Origin: Azolla caroliniana
Lineage: Eukaryota; Plantae; Polypodiophyta
NCBI GenBank assembly: GCA_043228905.1
Contig: JBHGNT010000004.1
Span: 930,001-994,000 of the forward strand
Reading direction: 5' to 3'
Length of the DNA: 64,000 bases
Within the stretch, counting starts at the first letter, position 1. Each line of letters opens with the position of its first letter. Both the position numbers and the translations under genes were made by a program. Positions 27,488 to 41,319 of the stretch are shown in pieces. A model generated the notes under the pieces. That model was not told the DNA's origin. It made no database searches and saw nothing but the letters and a program-made list of their open reading frames with translations.

Positions 27488-29699
27488 ATGGATGTGAATG
27501 AGTAACACTATCACATCGAATATATATGAGTATGCCATCTTTCACATTCGATAAAAAGCTTGCAAGAAACATAGACCCGGTGCCAAATGTTTCACACGAT
27601 AAATATCTTCTTCGAAGTTTCTCATGGATCAAATCCAAGTGAACACCAAGCATAGTTACATCCATTAATTCCCTTTGGAATTGCTCATTTAATTTATTTA
27701 ATTCCACAAGAATATCTGCCAATAGGTGCAACATAAATTGCACTTGGAATATAGTAGCATACTCGTACCATTTTTTCTCATGTTTTTCCCATTGTTCTAA
27801 AATTGCGGGCATAAGTGTAACTAGTCTCTCCATTACTTGGCCTCGAGATAACCATCTTATGGAGTGAATTTTAAGCACCTTCAAATCACCCTTACCATGT
27901 CGTTTCATTATCTCTTTTAGCTCCTTGTGTCTATTAGTTGACTTTCCCAACCAAGAGTATACTTTATTTGCAAATACATCAAGGAAGCTAAACACATGGG
28001 CATGAGACATTATATATGCATCTTTTATGGCAAGTGCTTCACGATGTGCAATGCAATGTACTCCCAAAATATTAGGCATCATGGATTGAAACTTAGAAAT
28101 TGCACCATTGTTCTTCCCTATCATAGATGATGCCCCATCACTTGCAAAAGCCACAAGTTTTTTTAAATCTAAATTGCTCTCCAAAATGAATTCATTGATA
28201 GACTTGTAGATACCTTCAGCTTTCACATTTTCCACCGGAAGAAGTCGCGCAAATTTACAATGTGGCTCCCCTTTGCCACCTTCACTTAAGTACAATACAT
28301 AGATAATGAGGTGTTTTTCCAATGTACGATCAGTGCTTTCATCAATCAAGATGGAGAAAAATGGACTTCCACGAATTTCATCATACAAGAGTTTCCTTGT
28401 GTGGTTCTTAATGGCCATTAAGAATTCTCTTGCAGATTTAGCATTAGCATAAGCACCATATTCTTTTGAGGCAGGGGCGTTTGGAGTACCAAGTTCTCTT
28501 TGTAACATACATTGTTTTACATATTTCTCTAATGGAATATCATTGCAAGCATGAAAATGAACCAACTTCATGCATAAAAGTATCCTCTCATATTCTAAAT
28601 GCATGATTTCTGAAATTTTGTCATCCATTGGGCCTTTCACATTTGCATTTTCCTTTTGTCTTTTTGCATTATACATGGCACTTGCTATCACATGATCGGA
28701 TGACTTTGCATGTTCATTCAATGAAGACATTTGCATGCTTTGAGATCCACCATCCGCAAATACATTGTTCTTTCTTGCATCTTCACACCACATGCATTTG
28801 ATTATATCATCACCTAATAGGGACTTTGTCACATATGCCCATGGGTGAAGCAAAGTCCATTGGTTTCTCCACTTTCTTTTTTGTTTGTTATAAGAAGATC
28901 TCGACTCATTTGTGTTTGTAACCACCTCGTGCTCATTATTTGGAGCATCATTAACATGTGTTGCCTTGCAAAACATAGTCTTAATAGAATGTTGTTGTGC
29001 TTGGTTCTTTGTTTTCCCCCTGAAATTATTTAAATAATAGACATCTAAAAATGTACTAAAAGTATTTCATTTCACTATAATAGAGACATTGAAGTTATTG
29101 TTTAGGTATTAAGGTAATACAAAAACAATATTGTATAATAACTTGTTAAATGAACATAATATGATAGATATTCATGGTAACTTACATTTTTAAAATGTAG
29201 TTAAAAAATGTTGAAGGTTGAAGGCTGTTTTTGTTCTATTCCCATTGCACAAAAAGGCTACATAGAATCAATAATTTTTAATTGGAACAATAGCTTGCTA
29301 CCTAATAGTAAGTACTCACCTTTTCCTATACTAATAAGTTATTATTAACCCTAATTTTTTAATAAAGCATAGTAAAACGTAATAAGTATGTATAAAACAA
29401 TAGGTTAGTAAAACATTTAGTTTAAAAAAACTTAAAATCAAACCTTATTGAAATGAAATACTTTTAGTTTATTTTTAGAGGTATTAAGGTAATACAAAAA
29501 CAATATAATAACTTGCTAAATGAACATAATATGATAGATGAGCATGGTAACTTACATTTTTAAACTGTAGTTAAAAAATGTTGAAGGTTGAAGGATGTCT
29601 TTCTTTGTTCTATTCCTGCTGCACAAAAGGCTACATAAAATCAATCATTTTTAAGTTGAAAAATAACTTGTTACCTAACAGTAAGTAGTAAGTAGTAAG

Positions 29700-32600
29700 T
29701 GTTACACTTGCGTGTTCCTCTAGTAGCTTTGATGTGAACCATTTTCCCTATACATGGGCACTTTTTACTCTAGTGCTGGCTAGAGGTTTTTTCCCCATGT
29801 TACCACATACATGAGTTACTCATAAGTGGTGGTACTGAGTACTTAGGGATATATATTTTCAGCTCCTATTTTTTTTAGGAACATTTTTTTTCATCAATAG
29901 AGAGCAATTCCAGCCATTGCCTTCCTTGTGTGAGTGCTTCTTTCTTTGAGCTTCTTGTGTGTTTCCCACTCTTCCTCACATACCCAACAGTGGTATCAGA
30001 GCCAAGTTCTTCATCCTCTCCATCTTCGGTTGTCTGCATCGCGGTGTCGCGGCGCGCGCGCACTTTTCATTGTGCAAATCAACTTCCGAATATAGAGAAG
30101 TGTATTTCAGCACTTGGAGCGCATTTTCAGCAGGTACCCTGCTGTTTTACCCCCATTTCGAAGCCGTTCGTGTAGTCGAAATCGTCATCCGAGTGATAGT
30201 TTGTGAGCTGCATTTTCAGCACTCATTTCCGATTTGTTGAGGTAATATTTTACCACTTTCTTGTTCTTTGGTAAAATGGCAAACAATGATGATTTGTTTG
30301 GCATGCTTCAAGCTGAAGATAAGCTTGATGGGACAAACTATCCAATGTGGTCCTACATGATGAAACACGTTCTTGTTGCCAAACAACTATGGAACATAGT
30401 GGTAGATGTAGATCGACGCCCCGCCGGTCCTACTACTTCACAGTCTACTATCACAGATACAGGTTCATCTTCGAGCACAGTGACTTCATCTACTCCACCA
30501 ACACAAGAGCAACTTAGATGGGATGGAAAAGATGCTCAAGCTCATGCATTGATTGCACTTTCTGTGAAGCGTCATATAGTTCCACATATTCGGTCATGCT
30601 CTACATCCAAACAAGCATGGGACACTCTTGCTTCGTTGTATGCCGTGCGTAACGAAGCACGTGTTGCATATTTGAGAAAGCAACTTGAGGATGTATATAT
30701 GGCTGAAAATGAGTCGGTAGATGTGTATGTGACACGCATTAAAGATTTGAAAGAGCAATTGGCAAACATTGATGAGATCATTTCGAATACATCACTTATC
30801 TCTACGTTGTTGAAAGGATTACCCGAATCTTTTCAAAGCTTTGCTACTACTATTCGTTTGGTTGCAAAAGGGAATACGGATATGTACGCATTTGATGAGG
30901 TTGTGTCTCTTCTTCTGCAAGAAGAACAATCTAGAGTGAATAGAAGTGGTTTGATAGAGGGAACACAAGCACTTGCTATCTCACAAAAAGGAAAAGGCAA
31001 GCATGGTTCAGCTTTTGGTTCTTCAAAACCAAAGCCTCAACCTCCCTCTTTCACTTATTCCTCTAATGATGGTGATTTGCAAAAGAAGAAAAAATGCAAA
31101 TATTGTTGAAAGGTTGGCCATACGATTGAAGAATGTAGAAAGCTTGTTAAGCGCAATGAGAAGAAGAAGGAATCCGGCATGACCATTTCTGAAAATGTTT
31201 CAAGTGCAAAGAGTGATGAGGCCAACATGGCTCAAGATTATTGGGCATGTGTTGTTACATATCATTATGATGCATCATTGCACTCTAAATGTATGGTTGT
31301 AAGTGAGATTGATTCGGATTGGTTCTTTGATAGTGGTGCTTCAAAGCACATTACTTCATGCAAAAGTTTTTTTGCATCCTTGAAAGATGCACCCAAAGGT
31401 GGACATGTGGTGTGTGCAAACAATGCCTCTTATCCTATCATTGGAGTAGGAGAAATTGAGCTTTCGGCTGCAAATGGAGGTGTTGTTATCTTAAAGAATG
31501 TATTGTATGTGCCCGGTATCAAGAAGAACTTAATTTCGGTTCCTTTGATTGCCAAAGCCGGACTTCATGTACATTTTGTTGATGATAAGTGCATGGTTCA
31601 CTATTATAGCAATGGTGATGTTATCGTGATGTCCGGTACATTATGCAATGGCTTGTACCGTTTAGATACATACAAGAGGGCTTCTCTAAATGCCTTGGCT
31701 GTACATACTTCTTCCATGGCTGAAATGGAGCTTTGGCATGCTCGTTTTGGTCACTTGAACTTCAATAGTTTGCTTCACTTGCAAAAGAAGGATATGGTTA
31801 TTGGGTTGCCTACACTTGAGTCCATTGAAAAACATGCATGTGAAGGTTGCATTCTTGGAAAAATGCATCGTGCTTCTTTTCCAAAAGATAGTCATACACA
31901 CACTACAAGAAAATTACAACTTGTTCATAGTGATGTGTGTGGTCCTGTAAAGACTCCATCTTTTGGAAAGCATGTATATTTTGTTACCTTCATTGATGAT
32001 GCTACTCGTCATACATGGGTGTATCCTATGAAAGCAAAGAATGAAGTCTTTTCTTGCTTCAAATCATTTTTAGCTATGGCTGAAAATTTTTCCGCAAATA
32101 AGCTCTTGACTCTACGCACGGATCGTGGTGGCGAATATATGTCACATGAGTTTAATGCTTTTCTTTGTGAAAGAGGTATTTTACATCAATGTACGGTGCC
32201 ATATACACCTCAACAAAATGGTGTTGCAGAACGCAAAAATAGAACACTCTTAGAGATGGCACGATGTATGGTTAAAGGAAAGCATCTTCCTAACAAGTTT
32301 TGGATGGAAGCGGTTATGTGTGCAAATTATGTGTTGAATCGTTGCCCTACAAAAGCGTTGAGAGTCATTACGCCATATGAGGCTTGGAATGGACATAAAC
32401 CTATGGTTAGTCATATGCGTGTGTTCGGTTGTTTGGCATATGCTCTTGTGCCATCACAACAACGTCACAAACTTGATGACAAGGCAAAGAAATGCATATT
32501 TGTTGGTTATAGTGCGGAAAGTAAGGGATATCGTTTGTATCATCCATTGACGGACACAATTATTGTGAGTCGAGATGTGGTATTTGCTGAAAATTCAGCT

Positions 32601-34883
32601 TTCCCTTTTCTTGAATGCAAAAAACAACCAACAGTTAGCTCACAAGATGTGTTTGATACACTCATGCCTTTGTTCCAAAGTGCTGCGCTTGACCATGGAC
32701 ATGTAGACCAGCCAAGTGAGTCTCAAAGGGATAAAAATTTCCAGCAAATAAGTGTTGAAAATGCACGAAATGTCCAACCAAATGTGGCTGAAAATGAGCA
32801 TGAAATTCAGCCCACGCATGATGTACATATTGAAGATGTATTACATAATGAACGTATGGCTATCGAGAGGTCACAAACTATGCCGAGGTGGCTGAAACAA
32901 ACTTTGCAAGATAGCAAATTGAGTGCACCTTTACTTGGTAAAACAAGATCAAGCTCTCGCCATGCATCAGGTAATTTTGTGGATTATTCTATTGTTGCAA
33001 TAGCATGTAATGAGGAGCCACTTACTTTTGAAGATGCATGTGATGATCCACATTGGATGAGTGCTATGCAATCAGAAATGGATTCCATTCATAAAAATGG
33101 TACTTGGGAGTTATGTGAATTGCCAAAAGGAAAGAATGTGATTGGTACTAGGTGGGTTTACAAGGTTAAACGAAATCCCGATGGTAGTATTGATCGCTAC
33201 AAAGCTAGATTGGTTGCCAAAGGATATGCCCAACAATATGGCATTGATTATGAGGAAACTTTTGCACCTACTTCACGCATGACTACCATTCGTACCGTGG
33301 TTGCATTGGCTGCCCAAAGAGGTTGGAAAATGCATCAATTGGACATAAAAACAGCCTTTTTAAATGGTGATTTGCAAGAAGAGGTTTATGTGAAGCAACC
33401 TCCTGGATTTGCTACGAAAGAGAAAGAGCATATGGTTTGTCGCTTGCATAAGGCCTTGTATGGTCTCAAGCAAGCTCCGCGTGCATGGTATGAAAAAATC
33501 CATAAGCACTTGATTTCTCTTGGCTTCACATGTAGTCCGATTGAAAGCACACTTTATGTACGCAAAGATGGGGCTGATCTTCTAGTGCTCGTTCTTTATG
33601 TTGATGACATACTCTTGACTGGGTCATGTGATGCAAAACTCGATTTTCTTATGGCTGATTTGCAGCATACTTTTGAAGTCACTTATCTTGGTCTTTTGAG
33701 CTACTATCTTGGCATCCAGTTTGTATCCGTTGAGGGGGGAATGTTTATGCATCAAGGAAAGTATGTTGAAAAACTACTTCAGCGTTTTGACTTTGAGGAT
33801 TGCAAGCCGGTTTATACACCTGTGGAGACAGGATTTAGGTTCTCTGTTGAGGATTCTAGTGATGCGTTTGATACTTCTCTTTATCAACAAGCTGTGGGAT
33901 GTCTTATATATGCATGCAATACAAGGCCGGATATACAGTATGCAGTCTCCCAATTGAGTCGATTCATGCATAGCCCTGGCACTAAGCATTGGCAAGCAGT
34001 GAAACGTGTGTTCAGATATCTTAGAGGCACTTTGAGCTTGGGTCTCTTTTATGGCAGAGATACTCAGCCATGCTTGCATGCTTTTACAGATAGTGATTGG
34101 GCTGGTTGTTATGATACTCGCGTGTCCACTAGTGGTAATTGCTTTTTCTTTGGAAACTCATGTATATCTTGGTTGAGTAAAAAGCAACCTACAGTGGCGA
34201 CATCAAGTTGTGAAGCTGAGTACAGGGCAGTTTTCACAGCTACAGTGGAGTGTATATGGCTAAGACGCATTTTGATGGATCTTTGCATGGAGATTGAAGT
34301 TGCTACACGTATTCTCACAGATAGTCAGAGTGCATTGGCTGTTGCACGAAATCCTGTTTTTCATGCACGGACCAAACACATTGAGGTGCATTATCACTAT
34401 GTGAGAGAGCGCTTTCATGCAGGAGATATTGATTTGGTATATGTGCCTACACAAGATAACGTGGCAGACATATTCACCAAAGCTCTTCCACGAGAAAAGT
34501 TTGAAGCTTTTCGCAAAGCTTTAGGCTTATTGCCTTGTGGGGGCTGATCTGTCACTCCTTGTACATGTTCACATCATTCGCTCCAGGGGGGTTTGTTACA
34601 CTTGCGTGTTCCTCTAGTAGCTTTGATGTGAACCATTTTCCCTATACATGGGCACTTTTTACTCTAGTGCTGGCTAGAGGTTTTTTCCCCATGTTACCAC
34701 ATACATGAGTTACTCATAAGTGGTGGTACTTAGTACTTAGGGATATATATTTTCAGCTCCTATTTTTTTTAGGAACATTTTTTTTCATCAATAGAGAGCA
34801 ATTCCAGCCATTGCCTTCCTTGTGTGAGTGCTTCTTTCTTTGAGCTTCTTGTGTGTTTCCCACTCTTCCTCACATACCCAACA
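29700..34883 (+). mobile_element. Ty1/copia element 2, complete and very young
   Basis: 290-bp LTRs at 29700-29989 and 34594-34883 (one substitution seen); PBS tggtatcagagcc at 29991; PPT agggggg before the 3' LTR; TSD gtaag at 29695-29699 and 34884-34888, confirmed by the empty site in hAT copy 2. Confidence 0.96.
30276..34547 (+). pseudogene. Copia-2 gag-pol, single reading frame with one premature TGA at 31107-31109
   Basis: ORFs 30261-31109 and 31179-34547 are in the same frame; the stop lies inside the knuckle CKYC*KVGHTIEEC; protease WFFDSGAS, integrase RTDRGGEY, RT YVDD and RNase H DSDWAG are intact. Confidence 0.93.
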
Positions 34884-35167
34884 GTAAGTACTCACCTTTT
34901 TCCTATACTAAAAAGTTATTACTAACCCTAATTTTTTAATAAAGCACAGTAATAAGTATTAAGTATTAAGTAATAAGTAATAAGTATGTATAAAAAAGTA
35001 GGTTAGTAAAACATTTACTTTAAGAAAACTTAAAATCAAACCTAGAGTGACTAGTCTACACTCTAGTATTTTTTAGAGTATTTAATAAAGCACCAAGGTT
35101 ATTGTTTAAAATTTAAATTGATTTGAGGATTCATCATTACAATTTATATGATATTATTTTAAGCGTG

Positions 35168-35206
<39 letters not shown>

Positions 35207-36874
35207 TTTAGTATATTACACACTTAATACTATATAGTCAAATTGAATCTTGATACTACATAGATGATAGTATGATAGTACATATATTTAAATTTTATAT
35301 GACAATATGTGGTATATATATATAATATATATGAATAATGACATAGAAAATAAAATTTTAGCATGTCATTTGACATGTATAATTTTAAGGGGCCTTTCAC
35401 ATGAAAAGGAAAATTTTATACTTTATATGTCACTTGACGGACATTTTTAGTAGGTGTATGTTTTTGACGGGCAAAATGGCCTTTGACGGGCATGACACCC
35501 GTCAAATTCCTGCCCTGATTCCAAGGTAGATGACATCCAAGATGTTTTACTAGTTGATTTGCTTGTATTAGTAGTTGTCCTAGAACATAAAGGATGCACT
35601 TTTGCACTTTGTAATGGAAGACCTTTTGTTTGTAGTAAATGCACATTGAGTGTGTGCGTGAACAAGCTATCGTGAACTCGTCAAACTAGATCTTAAAAGC
35701 ATAATTAAATCTCGGGATAAGAAAGGGGTGTGTTTTCCATGTAAGAAGAGTGATCATCCTTGTTGAAGGAGTCTTGTAACAATCTTTGTGCATAATTGTG
35801 TAGTTTTACCACTGTGTTCTTCAGGGTAGAGGAGTATCTAACATAGGTCATCTTTTTGAAAGAATAACATCCATGATGTATTGTTTCACTATCAAGAGTG
35901 GAAATAGCATCGAAGGAAGGAGATTTATTGACATGAATGATGAAATGGGAAAAACCAGACTGACTAACAATGTGCATGTAAGGGAGGATTATATGATGCT
36001 AACAAATGCGGGAGAGTCCTCTCACCACTAGAGAAGCTATGCAAGCCAAAGAAAGTGCTCAAACAAGAACCCAATTCTCATATGCTAATTATACCTTAGA
36101 CCCCAAAGTTGGCTGACACCACCTTCTATGATTTGGTAGTTATGAATTGCTTGAGTCACAATCTTGTAAAAGAGTGACATGAATGCTCTAGTTGTGACAT
36201 ATAAACCCAAATGGCTTTAGTGGTGGACCGTGGTTATGAGTGATGGTTTGAAATTGGACAACTTCCAGATCTCCAAATTGTGTAACACAATTATTATATA
36301 GGTCAATTGTTGTTTTGAGTTCATATATGTATTTCTCATAAAATAGATAAGGGGAATGAATCTTCATACCATATGTAGAATAAGAGAGAAAGGAGAAGTG
36401 TTTTATAGATTGAAATAATGTGCTAAAATAGTATTGATTTTTATAATAAAATTATGTGTGCACAAAAAAACTATCCTATTAGAAACCTACAACCATAGAA
36501 TGAACCATACGTATCATACGTGCATTCGCATTCGAGAATGATTTCAATCAAACGTGTATCGTAAATCATCTCAAAGTTGGATTGGATTGACTATGGTCTA
36601 TATTATATATTGATTCACTCTCAATCCCAATAAGTGGACTCTAATCCATTGTGAACCACCAACATAAGTATGGTTGCAATATTTGCATTGTATCACATGC
36701 ATACTTTTGGGATGCTTCTTAAGAATCAAGACATCTTTGCCATCCTCACTTTAGAACTTTACAAAAAAATGAGTATGAACTATAGAGATTGAATCAAAAC
36801 ATGTCATTATAAATTATAATCAAACATTCAAAAACTCATAAAATGTATATTCAAGAATATGAAGAAAACATGAG

Positions 36875-37290
36875 ATAGGCAGTAGTAGCATAACAACTTA
36901 CCACTAGGTGACGTAATTTCTAATAACAAAGAAAGGAAGAAAGAAAAAGGAACATGACACTAACATAAAATTTTGCCATGACATAGGCAGTAGTAGCATA
37001 ACAACTTACCACTAGGGTGAGCTAATTTCTAATAACAAAGAAAGAAAAGAAAAGAAAAGAAAAGGAACATGACACTAACATAAAATTTTGCCATGACACT
37101 AACAAGAAAATATTAGAAAGTTGAGAATTGAACCCAAGACACAAGTAACAGCAACACAACAATTTACCACTAGGTGATGCTTAGTTCTAATAATAGGAAA
37201 AGAGAAAAACAACTATTATAACATGAAGACATAGACAACAATAGCATGACTCCTTACCACTAGGGTGAGCTAAACTTGTAATCATAATAA
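36875..37290. repeat. Tandem ~110-bp repeat (2 close and about 2 diverged copies)
   Basis: Unit ataggcagtagtagcataacaacttaccactagg...aacatgacactaacataaaattttgccatgac is repeated; the core ttaccactagg recurs near 37165 and 37255. Confidence 0.8.
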
Positions 37291-37497
37291 ATGAAAAAAA
37301 AAAAAAGAGCACGTATTTTTCCCTTTTCAAATGTTTGAATGCTTGCACGAACACGAATATTACGTTCTATGCCTACAACCATATACATATTTGGAATAAA
37401 ATACAATTCTGTAAAATATGTTAGGAAGTGTAAAAAACATTCTAGAGATAATAAGTATTTTGGCAAGAAGGTTAACGACGATTTGTCTTTATGTGTT

Positions 37498-38008
37498 TTT
37501 TTTTTCCCAAAAAATCACTACTTCGCATTAGTTAGCAAACAAAATTACATCATAGAACTCTCAAAATTCCTCTTAATAGCCCTCACTCTGGCCTTCCCAC
37601 CAAAGCAAACATAGTCCCCACCTCATTTTCAACAAACATATCCAAACAACTCCAATAACCTAGTTATTCGTACCATAACTATACAAATTTACAGCACCTA
37701 GACGTTGTTGGAAACTATTGGGGGAAACAGCCATCGGGGTGCTTGGTAGTGCCATTGAGGCCCTGATGATGATCTGCCGACCATAGGAGAATTACCCCAT
37801 TTCAGCAAGAACTTTGATCGAGATCTTTCAGCTGCATCAGATTCCCCCTTAATCGAGTCGTATCGTCCCCGCAGCCAAGAGACCAACTCAAACCAGATAT
37901 TTATTAATACCTCACCACTAGGGATCTTTTGTTGTTGAAAAACAAACTTACAACGGTTGGTCCAAATGTGCCAGACCGATAAACAAGCCACCATCCTCCA
38001 TATCCTCC
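37498..38008 (-). mobile_element. 5'-truncated LINE 3' end, same family as the 13.1-20.1 kb LINE
   Basis: 17-bp TSD atttgtctttatgtgtt at 37481-37497 and 38009-38025; encodes ..WLRGRYDSIKGES..WHYQAPRWLFPP; shares cactacttcgcattagttagcaaa near the 3' end. Confidence 0.9.
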
Positions 38009-38131
38009 ATTTGTCTTTATGTGTTAGATTGATTGGAAGAATTGTTATATGTTTTTGCATGGTTTGTGATTAGCGAGCTATTTCATTTTATGACATAGTT
38101 TGGAGAAGCTCTTCATAATGTCTTGTTCTAG

Positions 38132-38133
<2 letters not shown>

Positions 38134-38194
<61 letters not shown>
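38134..38194. repeat. Compound (TC)n(AC)n microsatellite
   Basis: Directly visible. Confidence 0.93.
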
Positions 38195-38342
38195 TGAATA
38201 CACACTCTCTTTCTCTTTGGTGAAAACACACAATGAATATTGAAATTTCGTCTTGTTCTCTCTTTCTCTCTCCACCCCTCTTTTTCTCTACTTATTTAAA
38301 AATAAATAAAAATAAGAAATGTACTAGAAAAAATGGCCCAAA

Positions 38343-38612
38343 CTTTCTTCCTAATCATTGAAAGTTTCTATCTAGAGAGATCAAAATGTATATACTTAGC
38401 TTCTTTCTTCCTTAGCATTGAAAGTTTTTATCTAGAGAGATCAAAATATATATATTTAGCTTCTTTCTTCCTAGTCATTAATAGTTTATATTGAAAGATG
38501 CTAAGAAAATATGTTTAGCTTATTTCTTCCTAATCTTTGATAGTTTGTATATAGCTAGAACAAAAAGCATGTTTTAGATTCTTTCTTCCTAATCATTGAT
38601 AGTTTTCTATAG
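38343..38612. repeat. Tandem ~60-bp minisatellite, about 4.5 copies
   Basis: Unit ttctttcttcctaatcattgaaagtttctatctagagagatcaaaatgtatatacttagc recurs at roughly 60-bp spacing. Confidence 0.88.
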
Positions 38613-38706
38613 TAGCCTATATTAAGGTTGATTGGTCCCTCTTATAGACATAACTTAAAGACCAATTTGAAAGCTATCTTTATTGTGTTAAAGGGTAGGA
38701 TAGTTG

Positions 38707-39533
38707 CCGAAAAAAGTCATTTGCTTTCGATGGTTGTTGACTCATTATGCTCTTCCTGTTGGTGATTTGTTGAGACAACATCAACAATATGCTTGTGGAT
38801 TGCATTGTGGCACACCTACTAAATCGATTTTGCATGTATTTTGGTTATGTCCCAAGATCAAGAAATTTTGGAGTACGTTGTTTTTATGGTTGAGACAACA
38901 CTACTCTCGATCAATATTCTCTTGGGGTGCAGTATTGTGGGGTGTCCTTCATGGAGAGGTTATGAGGTATGAAAGTATGCATGCTTCTCATGTTTTTCCT
39001 TTTTCTTATGGACACCTCGCTCTCACCTCGTTTCCTTCTTCTATTTCACGGTTTAGAATTAAAAATCTGGTCATTTGGCATACAATTATATCATTGGCTC
39101 TTTGGATAATATGGAAAGCGAGATGTGATTCTGTTTTTAACAATGCCCATATACAGCTCAACACTATGCTTATTGAATTCTGGATGTTTTTTGTTCACAC
39201 ACTTCATGGCCAATAAATATGATGATCTGCATGGCTCGGATGATGTTTTGTGGCAACGGCAAGTGGCCTTTAAGAACCGATGGCAAGGACTCCAATTATT
39301 TTCAGAGACAACTGCTGGTCCAAAGTGGAATTATGCCATACCTTCGTTTATGTTGGATAGTGGATAGTAAGTATTGTTCTACTTGTTCATATATGACATC
39401 ATCTATATCATCAGATGTACTAGCTTTTGTATCTTACAAAAAGAAGTGAGATGAAATATCTTCTTTTGTTTTTCTTATGTAGACTTTTCAAGTAATATAC
39501 TAAGGTGTATCTTCCTTAAAATAAAAATAAAAA
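38707..39533 (+). mobile_element. 5'-truncated LINE 3' end (zf-RVT region and 3' UTR)
   Basis: 18-bp TSD taaagggtaggatagttg at 38689-38706 and 39534-39551; (taaaaa)n tail; PKKVICFRWLLTHYALPVG..C..C..SILHVFWLC..LWIIWKARC. Confidence 0.9.
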
Positions 39534-39663
39534 TAAAGGGTAGGATAGTTGGGAAACTAAGGTATAATATAAGGTAATATAAGAAAAAAATGACATACAA
39601 AAGAGAATTGTAGTAAACTCTAGTAGAAAACCAAAACTTTTGCACCTCAAGAGTAAAAAGACA

Positions 39664-41319
39664 GTTTTGTGCTAGAAATGCGACCCAAATATTGGGGAAG
39701 TATGCAGAGTCTATGTGTTGTTGGAATTATGAAAGCATGGCAAGAAATCAGAAAGGGGATTCACATGTAGGTGGAGAAATGATGCATATGCCTAGATGTA
39801 CATGCCAATTGTGTGGAACCCACTTATTAGAGATGTGGATGGGCTGATAATAGAACAAAAAGCAATATTCAAATGGGCCGACTTAATCAATGCCCAAGGG
39901 AATGCATTAGTGGAGTGGAAGAGATTTCTATCCAATGATGTGGGCACTCAAAAGGCTAGAATATGGAGAATAAGCAGGATAAAAGGCATACTCAAGAGAA
40001 TTACAGATGCCATTGCATGCAACAAGCATACCTTGGAAGAGGAAGATATAATTACCTCTAAAATTGCGTGGACAAGACTTATAGATGTTGAGAACTGTTT
40101 AATTGGAATTAAGGGAATGAAAACATAATCGAATGAGGCCTACTACTACAAAATAGAGCATGGAATGACAAGAGGTGAGCAACCAGCCTATCAAAGCAAA
40201 AGGTGATTAGGTTGATTGCAAAAAATGGAAAGGATATGATTATTGACCTTAAGCCAAGGGAGATCACACCATCAACAATATGTTGGGCAATAGAACGACA
40301 TTCAGATAAGCTATCAAGGGACCCAACGATGTATTTATGGAGAACTCAAGGACGAACTGAGGGGACAAAGCTAGTTCAATTTTTCCGGTACAACATGAAA
40401 ATTGGGAGGCACATTATTCTAGAACAAGAACACGACAAGATTGCAACACATAAAATTTGGATACAAGAGGGCATTAGTGAAAGGAAACTCGATAAATTCT
40501 GGAAAATGATATGGCATGACAGTAATGACTGCAAGATAATGATGTGTTTAAGGCTTATTGTGCATAGAGCCTTGCCGGTAGGGACGTGGGGTAAAGGCCC
40601 CAATGTAGACCCTAGATGTACTGCATGGACAATTAGAAAGCATTTCCCATTGTCTATGGGAATGTCATGAGGCAACGACTATATGGGGAAGGGCATTACG
40701 TTTGTTTTGCCATGCCTCTAGTTCATTCACCCTCAACTAGGGACATGCTTTTTGGATCTGTCTTGAGGATGATGTGGCGAAATACGATAGCACATTCAAA
40801 GCTATGTACAGAGGGGAGAATGAAACTGTTCGGCTTATCACTGACAACAGATTACCTGCAGTTATTGTGCAAAAGCAAAAATTTGGAGATCTATGGACGT
40901 TGCTTGCACCCATTACCATATGGTGCATATGGACGACAAGGTGTACTAGGGTATTTTCAACAAATAAATGCCCTCCACCTGAATCGATTCAGCTAATATG
41001 GCACACACTAATAACTACACTGAGAGCTCAATATGAGCGGATTGATGGTACTGATGATGCTTCAGAATTAATGAGGCCGAATTTCAAAAAATGTTGGTGT
41101 ACTACAAGAGGGGCGTGAACAAGATGTCATGTGAGATATTGAATGCAGGTGATGTGTATGAAAGGTTGGCTAGAGACACATGTGAAAGTGTAAGATAAAT
41201 AAGTGAGATCACTCATGAATGATAGGATAGTTTAGGCAAGGCCTACCCGAGAAAGGGATCGGAGTTGTGTATATTTTAACTAATGGAGTATATTCTTTTT
41301 TGGAAAGAAGAAGAAGAAG
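39664..41319 (+). mobile_element. 5'-truncated LINE, about 1.65 kb of ORF2 C-terminus and 3' UTR
   Basis: 15-bp TSD aagagtaaaaagaca at 39649-39663 and 41320-41334; (gaa)n tail; pieces PIVWNPLIRD, HRALPVG, WCIWTTRC and LRAQYERIDG. Confidence 0.88.

Larger units (their letters stand above)
21281..28976 (-). pseudogene. hAT transposase (ZNF862/DUF4371-like) split by copia-1
   Basis: ORFs 27447-28976 and 21281-22351 reconstitute the 733-aa protein of copy 2 with three amino-acid differences visible; a segment is duplicated across the insertion. Confidence 0.92.
20835..35517 (-). mobile_element. hAT DNA transposon copy 1, interrupted by two copia insertions
   Basis: Imperfect 20-bp TIRs cagggcctgaatttgacggg and cccgtcaaattcctgccctg; 8-bp TSD attccaag at 20827-20834 and 35518-35525; near-identical to 42381-46400. 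Confidence 0.95.

Noticed and set aside
31107-31109. TGA between gag and pol of copia-2 as programmed readthrough
   Set aside because: It falls inside the CCHC zinc knuckle, and copia elements normally use one ORF; a point mutation is simpler.
35526-36150. Possible decayed copia integrase/RT linker fragment (ESPLTTREAMQAKES)
   Set aside because: Single weak motif with no defined boundaries.
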